NCBI GenBank assembly: GCA_024281375.1
Contig: JAJSAD010000003.1
Coordinates: 5,514 to 69,513 of the forward strand
Reading direction: 5' to 3'
DNA length: 64,000 nt
From: Alphaproteobacteria bacterium
GTDB lineage: Bacteria > Pseudomonadota > Alphaproteobacteria > Caedimonadales > UBA9215
A program made the position numbers and the translations under genes. Under the pieces are notes generated by a model, which saw only the letters and a program-made list of their open reading frames with translations, was not told where the DNA came from and made no database searches. This document shows, in pieces, positions 28,960 to 38,449 of this stretch (positions are counted from its first letter, which is position 1; each line of letters opens with the position of its first letter).

Positions 28960-30524
28960 ATGAGCAACAATATACCAATCCTTGATATGAACGAGAGCTT
29001 TAAAAAAGCCTTGCGCTTGATGGATGGCTCGTCCAAGAATCTCTTTATTACGGGTAAGGCGGGGACGGGGAAATCAACACTCCTGCAATACTTCAGAGAT
29101 CACACTCAAAAACAAATAGCTATCCTAGCCCCAACGGGGGTTGCGGCGGTAAATGTGAAGGGCCAAACCATTCACTCCTTTTTTAAATTTAAGCCCGATG
29201 TCACCTTGGAGGGCATCAAGAAAAAGCGCGCCTCTAAAAGCGGTAAGAAGAATATTTATCAACGTCTTGATGCTATCATTATTGATGAAATTTCTATGGT
29301 AAGAGCCGATCTTATGGATTGTATGGACCGCTTTTTACGCTTAAATGGCCGAGAGGGCACAAAACCCTTTGGCGGGGTGCAGGTTATTTTCTTTGGCGAT
29401 CTTTATCAGTTAGCCCCGGTGATTTCACGCCAAGAGCGTGAGATTTTTGAAACCCATTACGAAAGCCCTTATTTTTTTAGCGCCAATGTCATTGATTAAA
29501 TTGATCTTGAAATCCTTGAACTAGAGCAAATCTATCGTCAAAAAGACAAAGCCTTTATTGAAATTCTCAATGCCATTCGTAATAACACCATTACGCCAGA
29601 TCAATTAACCCTGTTGAATACGCGTCATACCCCCGATATTAAACCCACAAAAGAGGCTTTATCTGTTTTTTAACCCCGACCAATAGAGCTGCCAACGTTA
29701 TTAATGAGGAGCAGTTAGAGTGTCTCGAGGGAAAATATCACTTTTTTGAAGGAAGGACCTCGGGCAGTTTTGGCAAAGGTCATTTACCAGCTCCTGAAGA
29801 TCTTCAAATTAAAATCGGTGCCCAGGTTATGATGTTGAATAATGACCCCAAACAGCGTTGGATTAATGGGACCATGGCACGGGTGTTGCGTATTTTCCAA
29901 GATGATGAGGATTATGAAACCATCATTAGCGTCGAACTTGAAGATGGCAAGAAGGCTAATGTCGCGCCCCATACCTGGGAGCTTTATAAGTACAAGCTCG
30001 ACAGCGATAAAATTGTTTCTGAAATCGCGGGAAGTTTTACGCAATATCCTTTAAACCTCGCTTGGGGCATTACCATTCACAAAAGCCAAGGCAAAACCTT
30101 TGATCAAGCTATTATCGATCTTGGCAGTAATGTGTTTTCTTCGGGTCAAACCTATGTGGCTTTGAGTCGTTGCACAACCCTTGAAGGTCTCAGTTTGCGC
30201 AAAAAAATTCTTTCTAAACATATCTGGACTGATCAGAGGGTTGTGGACTTTCTCACCACCCATCAGTATAAATTGGCTGATAAATTGATGAGTGTGAACG
30301 ATAAACTTTATGTATTAGGGCAAGCCATGGAAGACGAGCGTCCCCTTAAAATCACGTATCTCAGGGCAAATGGCACAAAAAGTGAGCGTATTATCGAACC
30401 CCTTGAGGTGGGAGAAATGACCTATCAAGACACACCTTTTCAAGGAGTCAAAGCCTATTGTCAATTGGCTGAGAAAAACATGACCTTTCAAGTTCGTCAA
30501 ATCCTAGAGATTCAGGGGGCTTGA
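28960..30524 (+). pseudogene. PIF1/RecD-like helicase with a C-terminal WYL-like domain, disrupted by an in-frame TAA and a -1 frameshift
   Basis: Walker A 'GKAGTGKST', 'IIIDEISMV', 'GDLYQLAPV', 'QIYRQKD', 'GAQVMMLNND', 'ITIHKSQGKTF' and 'YVALSRC'. Lesions are TAA at 29497-29499 and a T6 run at 29666-29671 that needs one more T to read 'VFLTPTNRAANVIN'. The tail 'ITYLRANGTKSERIIEPLEV...VKAYCQLAEKNMTFQVRQILEI' resembles a WYL domain. Confidence 0.85.
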
Positions 30525-30955
30525 TCTGTACATACATCGCCTCGTTCAGCCCGACGAGCACTCTGAAATTGAAGCAAAAAAGCATAGTTGGCTGCTCTAT
30601 ATTCGGGGCTTGTGTCTCTTCCACGGTAAAGTTTTCTGCCACGTAAACGAGCACTTTCTCGTTTTAGCCTGCGTGCCATTGCTGCTTGTCGCATTTTATA
30701 TTTTTTAAGACCTTTTCCTCTGAAATCTTCTTGGTGGGCAGCTTTAAAAATTCCTTTTAAGAAATTGCCTTGGGCTCCGTACATAGCTTGATCCAAAGGC
30801 CTTTTTTCTGAAAAGGAGCGGGTACGTTTAAGGGAAAAGCGGGGAGCAGCTTCTAGCTGAGATTCCCCGTTAGCAAGACCATTTGAGCCTTGCACATTTC
30901 CAGAAAGTAGGGTGCTTAATAAGAAACAAATTATGGGTAAAGTAATGTTTTTCAT
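30512..30955 (-). CDS. Hypothetical small basic secreted protein
   Basis: 147 aa with signal 'LPIICFLLSTLLSGNVQG' and an Arg/Lys-rich body. No recognised family. Confidence 0.55.
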   Translation of the reverse strand: MKNITLPIICFLLSTLLSGNVQGSNGLANGESQLEAAPRFSLKRTRSFSEKRPLDQAMYGAQGNFLKGIFKAAHQEDFRGKGLKKYKMRQAAMARRLKRESARLRGRKLYRGRDTSPEYRAANYAFLLQFQSARRAERGDVCTDQAP

Positions 30956-31113
30956 ATCATATTCCTAAAAATTATCTTGAATTTCATTCATAAAACATTG
31001 AGTGTAATTTGGCAAATTAATTTTAATTAAAAACTCCTTGGAAATCGACCTTGAACCCTGCCTAAAATTCTTTATACTTTGTGTTAAGAAAACCAATAAA
31101 CAGGGAAAATATC

Positions 31114-31800
31114 ATGATCCGCTACAATAAATACTTAGCATCTGTCCTTATAATGTCGACTTTTTTTCTCTCCGCTCCAAACGTTCGTGGCGTTGCTCAT
31201 AATCTTTCTGGGGTTTGGATGGGTGTTGCTGTGGGATCTGCTACCTCCGGTAGTACAAGCTATAAGGCTACCCTCAATAATGATACAGTTCTTAAAAATG
31301 ATACTCCGTTAAAAGGGTTTCTTGGAGAGATTCTTGCGGGTGTTCAAAAAGATTTCGGAAAAGTTGTTGTGGGTGGTGAGCTGGTTATTGGGTTTGGAAC
31401 CGCTAAAACCAGTAAAAAATTAGAACCTCCCCAAGAATATAAGGCTGATCAAAAAGCTGTGCTAGAGATCGCAGCACGTCTTGGTTTTAAGGTAAGCGAT
31501 ACTGTTCAAGTTTATGCTCGTGCTGGAGGAGCCATGACAAATTTTGAACGACAAATTCCTGTGGATGAAGGATTAACGGCCGTAAAGATCAAACAAAAAT
31601 CAAAATTATTTGGTGTTGTTCTTGGTTTTGGTGTTGAAGCTAAAATTATGGAACAATTTCTTGTGGGCCTTGAGGTTAAACAGACAAGCTATAAAGAAGA
31701 TACGACAAATCAGGCAGGAGAATTTGGCGATACAGTTAAGGATACTTTCAAGCCTAAGGTTGTTGCCGTCATGTTCCGCTTTAGTTATAAAATTACTTAA
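31114..31800 (+). CDS. Outer-membrane beta-barrel protein (Omp25/OmpA-like porin family)
   Basis: A signal peptide followed by alternating beta-strand pattern with Gly/aromatic-rich strands. Similar overall to the ORF at 58870. Confidence 0.65.
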   Translation: MIRYNKYLASVLIMSTFFLSAPNVRGVAHNLSGVWMGVAVGSATSGSTSYKATLNNDTVLKNDTPLKGFLGEILAGVQKDFGKVVVGGELVIGFGTAKTSKKLEPPQEYKADQKAVLEIAARLGFKVSDTVQVYARAGGAMTNFERQIPVDEGLTAVKIKQKSKLFGVVLGFGVEAKIMEQFLVGLEVKQTSYKEDTTNQAGEFGDTVKDTFKPKVVAVMFRFSYKIT

Positions 31801-31879
31801 CTATATCCACACTTTGAAAGAGGATGAGTATATATTTCTTTAATTTTTTTGGAATGATCATAGAAAAAAGTGATTCATC

Positions 31880-32461
31880 ATGATCCTAAAAACAATACAG
31901 TTCAAACATGAAACACATAAAGATACAGCCCTCAAATTTATAGCCCTCTTGGGTGTTTTAGGGGGTTATTTTGCTTATATGACATGGCTATATGATTCGT
32001 CAACGGGCGCGAGTTTAACCCTTCTGTCCTGGAGCTTCTTTGTTGTGTGCACCCCCGTTGCAGATGGGGGTTTTATTCTTGCTTTTCCCATTCGACTGCT
32101 CTTTGGAACACGTATGGTTACCACGCAAATTTTTGTCTGGTTTGTTGCCGTTGGTATTAATATTTTTATGCTTATTTACAACCCTAAAACCTATGACATA
32201 ACATTCCTAACAGCTCTTTTAAAGCGTATCTTAACGGAGCCTTATCCCTATTGGAGTATCCTTATTATCAGTGCTATTGGAACATTTTTATCAATTTATT
32301 TTGGGGATGAGATGATGGATGTGACGGCACATAAATGCTGTGAAAAATATCACAAACATGGTTTTACACACCGTGTGATTATTGTTGTAGGATTGGGATT
32401 AGTGACAGTTCTAGCCTATTATCACTTATTAAGGAGTCTTGGTATTGAAATTCCTGAATAA
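31880..32461 (+). CDS. Hypothetical integral membrane protein
   Basis: 193 aa with five to six TM segments. No recognised motif. Confidence 0.6.
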   Translation: MILKTIQFKHETHKDTALKFIALLGVLGGYFAYMTWLYDSSTGASLTLLSWSFFVVCTPVADGGFILAFPIRLLFGTRMVTTQIFVWFVAVGINIFMLIYNPKTYDITFLTALLKRILTEPYPYWSILIISAIGTFLSIYFGDEMMDVTAHKCCEKYHKHGFTHRVIIVVGLGLVTVLAYYHLLRSLGIEIPE

Positions 32462-32471
32462 GAAAAGAAAT

Positions 32472-32546
32472 TGGAGCGGGCGAAGGGACTTGAACCCTCG
32501 ACCCCAACCTTGGCAAGGTTGTGCTCTACCACTGAGCTACGCCCGC
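32472..32546 (-). tRNA. tRNA-Gly (anticodon GCC)
   Basis: Reverse complement reads GCGGGCGTAGCTCAGTGGTAGAGCACAACCTTGCCAAGGTTGGGGTCGAGGGTTCAAGTCCCTTCGCCCGCTCCA. It has a cloverleaf, the anticodon loop TTGCCAA and an encoded CCA. Confidence 0.93.
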
Positions 32547-32705
32547 TGAAGCGTTAATAAAGGGACTATAGCGTACCGTCTTGATTTTTCAAGAGGGAAT
32601 TTGTTATTTGCCGGCCATTCTATAGAAAATACCATTAACCTTGTAATTTCTGCCTATAAAAAGTATTCTATCTTTGAAATTTCTAACTAAAGGACGTGTT
32701 TTTTT

Positions 32706-33854
32706 ATGGAAATCGCTCAACAAGCTTATGTTGGTTTCTGCCAAATTTTTGATTTAACCCTCAATAAAATGATTATTATTGTGGGGCTTATTTCCATTGG
32801 TATTTTGGCGAGAAATCTTTTTTCAAAAGCCGTTATGGTTCTTATCAAGAAATTTTCTCAAAACAACCAAGGCTCCCTTAAAGAAGAGTATCTGGTCGGT
32901 CTTTTGCAGCCCATTAGCTTAACCTTTGTGATTGGTGCTTTTTATCTAGCGGGTGTTGTTGCTGAACTCCCTCTCCTTTTTGCGATTTTTTATCAAAATC
33001 TTTTAAAAACCCTGATCACCTTTGCTTTTTTCTGGGGTGTATTTTCCGTTATTAAACCTCTTTCTCATATTACAAAGAAAGCAAAAAAAGGGGATATTAA
33101 TGATGAAATGAGAACTCTTCTTTCCAAGCTCCTTGAAATTATTGTTGTGATTTTAGGGGTTCTGTCGATTATGGAAGTGTGGGGCGTTGATGTTGCTGCT
33201 TTTCTTGCGGGTCTTGGTATTTTGGGTATGGCTATTGGTTTTGCGGCCCAAGATACCATCAAAAATTTCTTTGGCTGCCTTGCTCTTTTGATGGATAAAA
33301 CCTTTCAAAAAGGCCACTGGATTAAAACCTCTCTTGTGGAAGGAACTGTTGAGCATATTGGATTTAGAACAACAGCCATTCGTCAATTTGATAAAGCATT
33401 GGTTCATATTCCCAACGCAAAATTAGCTGATACGGCTGTGATTAATTTTGCCAAACGCACAAACCGTCGTGTGCGTTGGACAATCGGCCTCACCTATAAT
33501 ACACCTTCCGATGCTCTTGAGCGCATTACAAAGCGTATCCGTGACTATCTTGAACACCATCCTGGTATTGAAACCGACCCCAAGAAAGTGACAACTCTTA
33601 TTAACTTAGATCAATTTAGTGATTCATCCATTGATCTTTTTTGTTACTTTTTCACGCGGACTATTAATTGGAAAGAGTACATGGACATTAAAGAAGAGTG
33701 TGTTCTTGCTATTAAACGTATCGTTGAGGAAGAAGGCAGCAGTTTTGCCTTTCCAACAAAAAGTATTCATATTGAATCCGTGAATATGAATGAAGAGTAT
33801 CCCCAACATATTCTCAATAAAGGGGTGCAAAAAAAATCTCCTCAAAAAACCTAG
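32706..33854 (+). CDS. Small-conductance mechanosensitive channel (MscS family)
   Basis: TM segments followed by 'LGILGMAIGFAAQDTIKNFFG' and a beta-domain 'GTVEHIGFRTTAIRQFD...HIPNAKL'. Confidence 0.85.
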   Translation: MEIAQQAYVGFCQIFDLTLNKMIIIVGLISIGILARNLFSKAVMVLIKKFSQNNQGSLKEEYLVGLLQPISLTFVIGAFYLAGVVAELPLLFAIFYQNLLKTLITFAFFWGVFSVIKPLSHITKKAKKGDINDEMRTLLSKLLEIIVVILGVLSIMEVWGVDVAAFLAGLGILGMAIGFAAQDTIKNFFGCLALLMDKTFQKGHWIKTSLVEGTVEHIGFRTTAIRQFDKALVHIPNAKLADTAVINFAKRTNRRVRWTIGLTYNTPSDALERITKRIRDYLEHHPGIETDPKKVTTLINLDQFSDSSIDLFCYFFTRTINWKEYMDIKEECVLAIKRIVEEEGSSFAFPTKSIHIESVNMNEEYPQHILNKGVQKKSPQKT

Positions 33855-33898
33855 ATTTGTTTTATACTAAAAGAGAACGAGGGAAGAAGTATTAAAAT

Positions 33899-35644
33899 AT
33901 GTCTGGCATTGCCGGTATCCTAACAACAGATGGCACGGAGCCCCCCGAAGACCTTTTGCATGCCTTAAGTGCAAAACTAAAGAAACGGGGCCAAGATGAT
34001 CAAGGTATTACGATTCAAAATGGTCTGGGCCTTGTCCATCAACGTCTCTCTATTGCGCCTTTAGATGCCGGCCATCAACCTCTATGCAATGAATCAAAGC
34101 TTACCCTTGTGACGGATTGCCGTCTTTTGAAAACTCAAGAAACAAAAGAACGTTTTGCAGATACCTATAAATTTGTCACGACCCTTGATAGTGAAACGAT
34201 TTTTCCTCTCTATGAAAAATATGGGGCCGAGTTTACCCATCACCTCTCTGTAATGTATGCTATTGCTCTTTATGATGGGCATGCCGATGAGTTGATTCTA
34301 ACGAGGGACCCCGCGGGCATTAAACCGTTGTTTTATTTTAGCAATGATCTCTATTTTGTCTTTGCCTCAGAACTTAAAGTCCTTTTAGATTTAGACATTA
34401 TTCCTCCTCATATTGATCAAACAGCCCGGAAAGAATCCTTGCAATATGGGGCTACTTTAGGGGGAAAAACCCTTATTCATAACGTTAAAACCGTGTTACC
34501 TGGCCAAACACTTATTGTGCAAGAAGGACGTATTTTAAAGACATTTCAAGACCGTCCTTTTGATGATTTAAAATCCAGCAAGCTTAATTTAAAGCGCTCC
34601 TTTGAAGAAGTACCCGCTCAACTATGTGAAGCCCTTGCGGATCTTGATGAGCCGTCTCAAAATATTGCCTGTTTTCTAGAGCGCCCCGGGGATTACTTCT
34701 TAGCCGAAACATTAAATACCTGTTATCAAGAACGTACCTATTGTTTTTCCCTTTTATTAGATGGTGAAAATGAAGAACAAGGGTATCAACTACAAGTTAA
34801 GAATTTAAAAGAACTCCCGTTTAATGAGCAGGATTTATGGCGCACGCTCCCCTTTATGGCGGCAGCTCTTGATGAACCTTGCAATATTCCAGAACGTGCC
34901 TTAACGTATCATCTTGCAAAAGAAGTCTCAAAAGAATTTTCCGTCCTTTTTTCAGCCCTTGGCACCAAAGTCCTTATCGCAGACCTCATTCATTTCAAGA
35001 AAGCAAAGCGCCTTAAGTTTTTAGGGGGACGATTATTACCAAGGCAAGGTATTTTTCAACACTTACGAGACACGCCGTTGTTTTTGAATAATTGGTATGA
35101 AACACTAAACCAGTTTATCGAAGAAATAGACAAGCATAGTGAACTTTCAAGACTCCAAAAATCTCAGGTTCTTGAATATGAAAACCGTTTTGTGTTTCAA
35201 AATCTTGCGAGCTTTGAGCGCCTTTCAACATGTCATGGTCTTGAACCTCGATTTCCGTTTCTAGACCCCAAAATACGTTATGAACTCATGGGTATGGGAG
35301 ATTCTTTAAAGATTTATCACGGTCAAACAGGCTATGCTTTTTATGAACTTCTCCGTCACAAGTTCCCTGGTATTGATCTCTCGCGGCTTTGTCATTTTAA
35401 ACGCTCGAAACTAAATCAATGGCTTCGCAATAAAGCCTCAAGACTGGCAGCTCTTGTGGCTCATCAAGAAGAAATTGAAGCTATTTTTTCACGGGATTTT
35501 GTCCGGGATGCCTTTTCCTGTAAAGATGAGCGTCATACCCAAGCTGCTTGGACACTCCTGATGTTTGCCCTCTGGCACCAAGCTCATATCAAGGGCATTA
35601 AGCCTATTCCAGATACTCTCAGCTTTCTGTCAGTTAAGGGGTGA
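33899..35644 (+). CDS. Asparagine-synthase-(AsnB)-like protein with degenerate catalytic motifs
   Basis: The N-terminal Ntn-amidotransferase pattern is clear ('GLVHQRLSI', 'HQPL', 'LTRDPAGIKPLFY', 'FASELK'). However, residue 2 is Ser, not Cys ('MSGIAG'). I also cannot find the SGGxDS PP-loop. Confidence 0.75.
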   Translation: MSGIAGILTTDGTEPPEDLLHALSAKLKKRGQDDQGITIQNGLGLVHQRLSIAPLDAGHQPLCNESKLTLVTDCRLLKTQETKERFADTYKFVTTLDSETIFPLYEKYGAEFTHHLSVMYAIALYDGHADELILTRDPAGIKPLFYFSNDLYFVFASELKVLLDLDIIPPHIDQTARKESLQYGATLGGKTLIHNVKTVLPGQTLIVQEGRILKTFQDRPFDDLKSSKLNLKRSFEEVPAQLCEALADLDEPSQNIACFLERPGDYFLAETLNTCYQERTYCFSLLLDGENEEQGYQLQVKNLKELPFNEQDLWRTLPFMAAALDEPCNIPERALTYHLAKEVSKEFSVLFSALGTKVLIADLIHFKKAKRLKFLGGRLLPRQGIFQHLRDTPLFLNNWYETLNQFIEEIDKHSELSRLQKSQVLEYENRFVFQNLASFERLSTCHGLEPRFPFLDPKIRYELMGMGDSLKIYHGQTGYAFYELLRHKFPGIDLSRLCHFKRSKLNQWLRNKASRLAALVAHQEEIEAIFSRDFVRDAFSCKDERHTQAAWTLLMFALWHQAHIKGIKPIPDTLSFLSVKG

Positions 35645-36157
35645 GGAATCTTTTACAAACATCACAGTACTCTTAATAATCGTAAAACCAAATTTTTTGA
35701 TCCTCAAAAAATGAAGGGCATGGGTCTCATCAATTTGATATTGCCAATGGATAACTGCCATGGTTTTAAAAGAACTTTTTGATTTTTTTGTTGGAATTTT
35801 TAACGTATATTTTAAAAGACCGGCGCATCCTTTAGTTTGAGCTTTAATATCCCCGAAGATGTCAGCTCCCTTTCCCGTAAATTGTGTGCCTTCTGGATTA
35901 TCTTGGGTTAACTCCCACTGACGGTTAAAGGTTCGACCATCATCGTAGGTAAAAAATTCGTTGAGAATAAGTTTGTCGCCTTCTTGAGACCCTTTGATAT
36001 CAGCTGTAAACCGTCGAAGAACCTTCCCAAAAAGAGTGCGAGCAACGCCGTGGGCTTTTAAGGTTCCCGTATAAAACTCTTTCAAATTAAGAATGGGCTG
36101 AGTTTCCCTAAAGTTTTCTAATTTCGGACCTAATAATCTTTCCAGTAAATTAAACAT
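35630..36157 (-). CDS. DUF3833-family protein
   Basis: 'LKEFYTGTLKAHGV..TLFGKVLRRFTADIKG...LILNEFFTYDDG....RQWEL' resembles the DUF3833 pattern. Confidence 0.6.
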   Translation of the reverse strand: MFNLLERLLGPKLENFRETQPILNLKEFYTGTLKAHGVARTLFGKVLRRFTADIKGSQEGDKLILNEFFTYDDGRTFNRQWELTQDNPEGTQFTGKGADIFGDIKAQTKGCAGLLKYTLKIPTKKSKSSFKTMAVIHWQYQIDETHALHFLRIKKFGFTIIKSTVMFVKDSSPLN

Positions 36158-36215
36158 TTTTATTATTCCTATTTTTTTTATTTACTTTTGTTTTTAATTG
36201 TATTATTTTAAAAAA

Positions 36216-36521
36216 ATGATTATATTAAACAAGATACTTATTGTATTATTTTTTTCTATCAGTTTAGCAAAAACATCTCTTGTGAATGAAGGGGAAACCT
36301 ACGAAATTAGAGATGCTTTCGTTATGAATTATATGTGTTACATTCAAGTTCAGAGAAAAAATCTTCAAGAGAAAGGTCTTTTACTAAGAGTGCCTTGCAA
36401 AACATATCTAAAAAGATATTTTTCTAAGTCTCTGCGACAGCAAGCTTTATGCAATTCTCTTTATAGTGCTTTGCTTAAACGCACCATCCTTAGGTTGCTG
36501 GGCAATAGACAAGAAGATTAA
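36216..36521 (+). CDS. Possible small secreted protein (weak call)
   Basis: An ORF with signal-like 'MIILNKILIVLFFSISLAKT'. It is AT-rich, has no homology I recognise, and is convergent with tadC. Confidence 0.3.
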   Translation: MIILNKILIVLFFSISLAKTSLVNEGETYEIRDAFVMNYMCYIQVQRKNLQEKGLLLRVPCKTYLKRYFSKSLRQQALCNSLYSALLKRTILRLLGNRQED

Positions 36522-37453
36522 TTTCCAAAAAGATCACTTTCCATCACAGCTGCAATTGTTGGCCCCAGAATAATAATTAAAATAGCCGGCAAACTAAGCA
36601 ACACAACGGGAACGGTTAATTTTGAGGGAAGCTTTGCAGCCTTTCGCTCGATCATCATTAGTTTTTGCTTCGAGGTTTCTTGGGATAAAAACATTAATGT
36701 TTTGCCAATGGCAACGCCCTGTTCCTCCGATTGGATGAGACTTGTAGTCAATATATGGATAATGTCAGAGTCAACGCGTCTTGCAAGGTTTGCATAAGCA
36801 AGTTTGCGTTCCGGTAGAATCCCAAGTTCAGCGGATGTAATAGTCAATTCCCGTGCAAGTTCTGGGTTCGTATGGATGACTTCTTGAGAAATACGATCGA
36901 GAGCCTTATCAAAGGAGAGACCCCCTCGGACACACACGACCAATAAATCTATGGCCATTGGAATATCTTTAATAATCATATCTCGTCGATGTGCTATTTT
37001 AAAATCCGTTAAATAATCAAAACTCCGATAGCCAATGAAAAGCATGAGCGCTAAAATAACATATTTTACAAAAGGTTCTAAAACGGTAAAATTTTCTGAC
37101 AAATTATTCAGAAAAAAGAAGAGGAAAAAAAATAAGAGAACCGAAAATATTTTATAAGCAGGGACGAAAATGGCGGCAGAATAGGGGTCCCAACCACAAC
37201 GTTCAAATCGCACCCGAAAATCAGCAACTGTTTGTTTGTTTTTCTTTTTAAACTTTTCAACGATGCTTGACGTCAACGATGTCTTTTTTTGTTTTGTGTC
37301 ATCTGCTGCTAGAGCCCCCGTACCATGACTTGTTTTTTGAGAAAAACGAAGACGGTGGCGTAAAAGTGAACGTTTCTGTATCTTTGATAAAATCCAATAA
37401 GCGCCTATCATCACAAAGAAAGCAACGGCTGGTAGAATAAATGAATTTGTCAT
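36518..37453 (-). CDS. tadC: Tad pilus inner-membrane platform protein TadC
   Basis: 311 aa with the T2SSF-like pattern ('DIPMAIDLLVVCVRGGLSFDKAL') and terminal TM segments. It is last in the cpa/tad operon. Confidence 0.85.
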   Translation of the reverse strand: MTNSFILPAVAFFVMIGAYWILSKIQKRSLLRHRLRFSQKTSHGTGALAADDTKQKKTSLTSSIVEKFKKKNKQTVADFRVRFERCGWDPYSAAIFVPAYKIFSVLLFFFLFFFLNNLSENFTVLEPFVKYVILALMLFIGYRSFDYLTDFKIAHRRDMIIKDIPMAIDLLVVCVRGGLSFDKALDRISQEVIHTNPELARELTITSAELGILPERKLAYANLARRVDSDIIHILTTSLIQSEEQGVAIGKTLMFLSQETSKQKLMMIERKAAKLPSKLTVPVVLLSLPAILIIILGPTIAAVMESDLFGN

Positions 37454-37462
37454 ATATACCTC

Positions 37463-38446
37463 TTATTCAACTTTTATATTCGTGAGCCATTTAATAACTA
37501 AAGCTTCCAAAACGAGCAAACCAATAACCACTTTCAACAAAAAAGCCCCCATTGTGTCATAGAGGAAAAAATCCATATATTCTGGTTTGACCACCATAAT
37601 AATAAACCAAATCACAAGGGGCACAGAGCCAAGAATAATGCCCGTCGATTTGGCCTCCGCGGAAAGGGAAAGAGTTTTCAAACGAATTTCATGGCGACGA
37701 TGGAGAAGGAAAAGAATATTTTCAAGGGTCTCTGATAAACTTCCGCCGGTTTGTCGCTGAATAATAAGGGCGTTAATAAGAAAATAAAAATCGCTCGTAT
37801 GAACGCGTTCTGAGGCCAAGTGGAGGGCATCCTCATAGGACACACCGATATTCATTTGTTGAACAACTTGTTTGAATTCCCCTCCAACAGAGGGGTGCAT
37901 TTCTTTAGCAACAACCACAAAGGTTTTTTCAATAGAATATCCAGACTTTAAAGATCTGAGAATCAAATCAATGGCCGTTGGTAAATATTTAATCGTCAGT
38001 TTTTGACGGCGATCCTTTAAAAAGGAGAGGAGAAACCAGGTGAGAAAAAAAACGATTAAAATACTGATGAAAAAACTCACAAATAAGCCTGCAAAATCAA
38101 AAGAAATGCTTATATAGGTTAATACGATCACCAAAGAAATAAGAGCAATAACACCATTGATCAAAGAAAAAGACAGGCCGCTTCGATAAAGCTGTAACTG
38201 AAACCAATTTTCACTTTTAAAATGACTTAAATAGCCATGTAATTTTTTTTCAATAAGGCCACTGCGTTTTTTTTGAAAAAGTTTTACTTTGTCTTTAAAG
38301 AGAGCTCCTTTGGGTGATAAAGTTGACAAACGCTCTGCAAGCAGGCTTTTTTTTCGATAGAGTGTCATAAAATAATCAAGGGTAAGGTAGGCTACTAAGA
38401 AAGCGACAAAACAAGAAAAAGTAATTAAAAAAGCGCTCTCGACCAT
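37463..38446 (-). CDS. tadB: Tad pilus inner-membrane platform protein TadB
   Basis: 327 aa with the T2SSF-like 'LPTAIDLILRSLKSGYSIEKTF'. Confidence 0.85.
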   Translation of the reverse strand: MVESAFLITFSCFVAFLVAYLTLDYFMTLYRKKSLLAERLSTLSPKGALFKDKVKLFQKKRSGLIEKKLHGYLSHFKSENWFQLQLYRSGLSFSLINGVIALISLVIVLTYISISFDFAGLFVSFFISILIVFFLTWFLLSFLKDRRQKLTIKYLPTAIDLILRSLKSGYSIEKTFVVVAKEMHPSVGGEFKQVVQQMNIGVSYEDALHLASERVHTSDFYFLINALIIQRQTGGSLSETLENILFLLHRRHEIRLKTLSLSAEAKSTGIILGSVPLVIWFIIMVVKPEYMDFFLYDTMGAFLLKVVIGLLVLEALVIKWLTNIKVE

Positions 38447-38449
38447 CTC

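Noticed and set aside
36198-36521. The small ORF downstream of and convergent with tadC, or a hidden minus-strand ORF in 36158-36517, as the missing Flp pilin.
   Set aside because: The plus-strand ORF is on the wrong strand and lacks a Flp motif. My minus-strand translations gave only 8-aa and 27-aa peptides without the hydrophobic Flp core.
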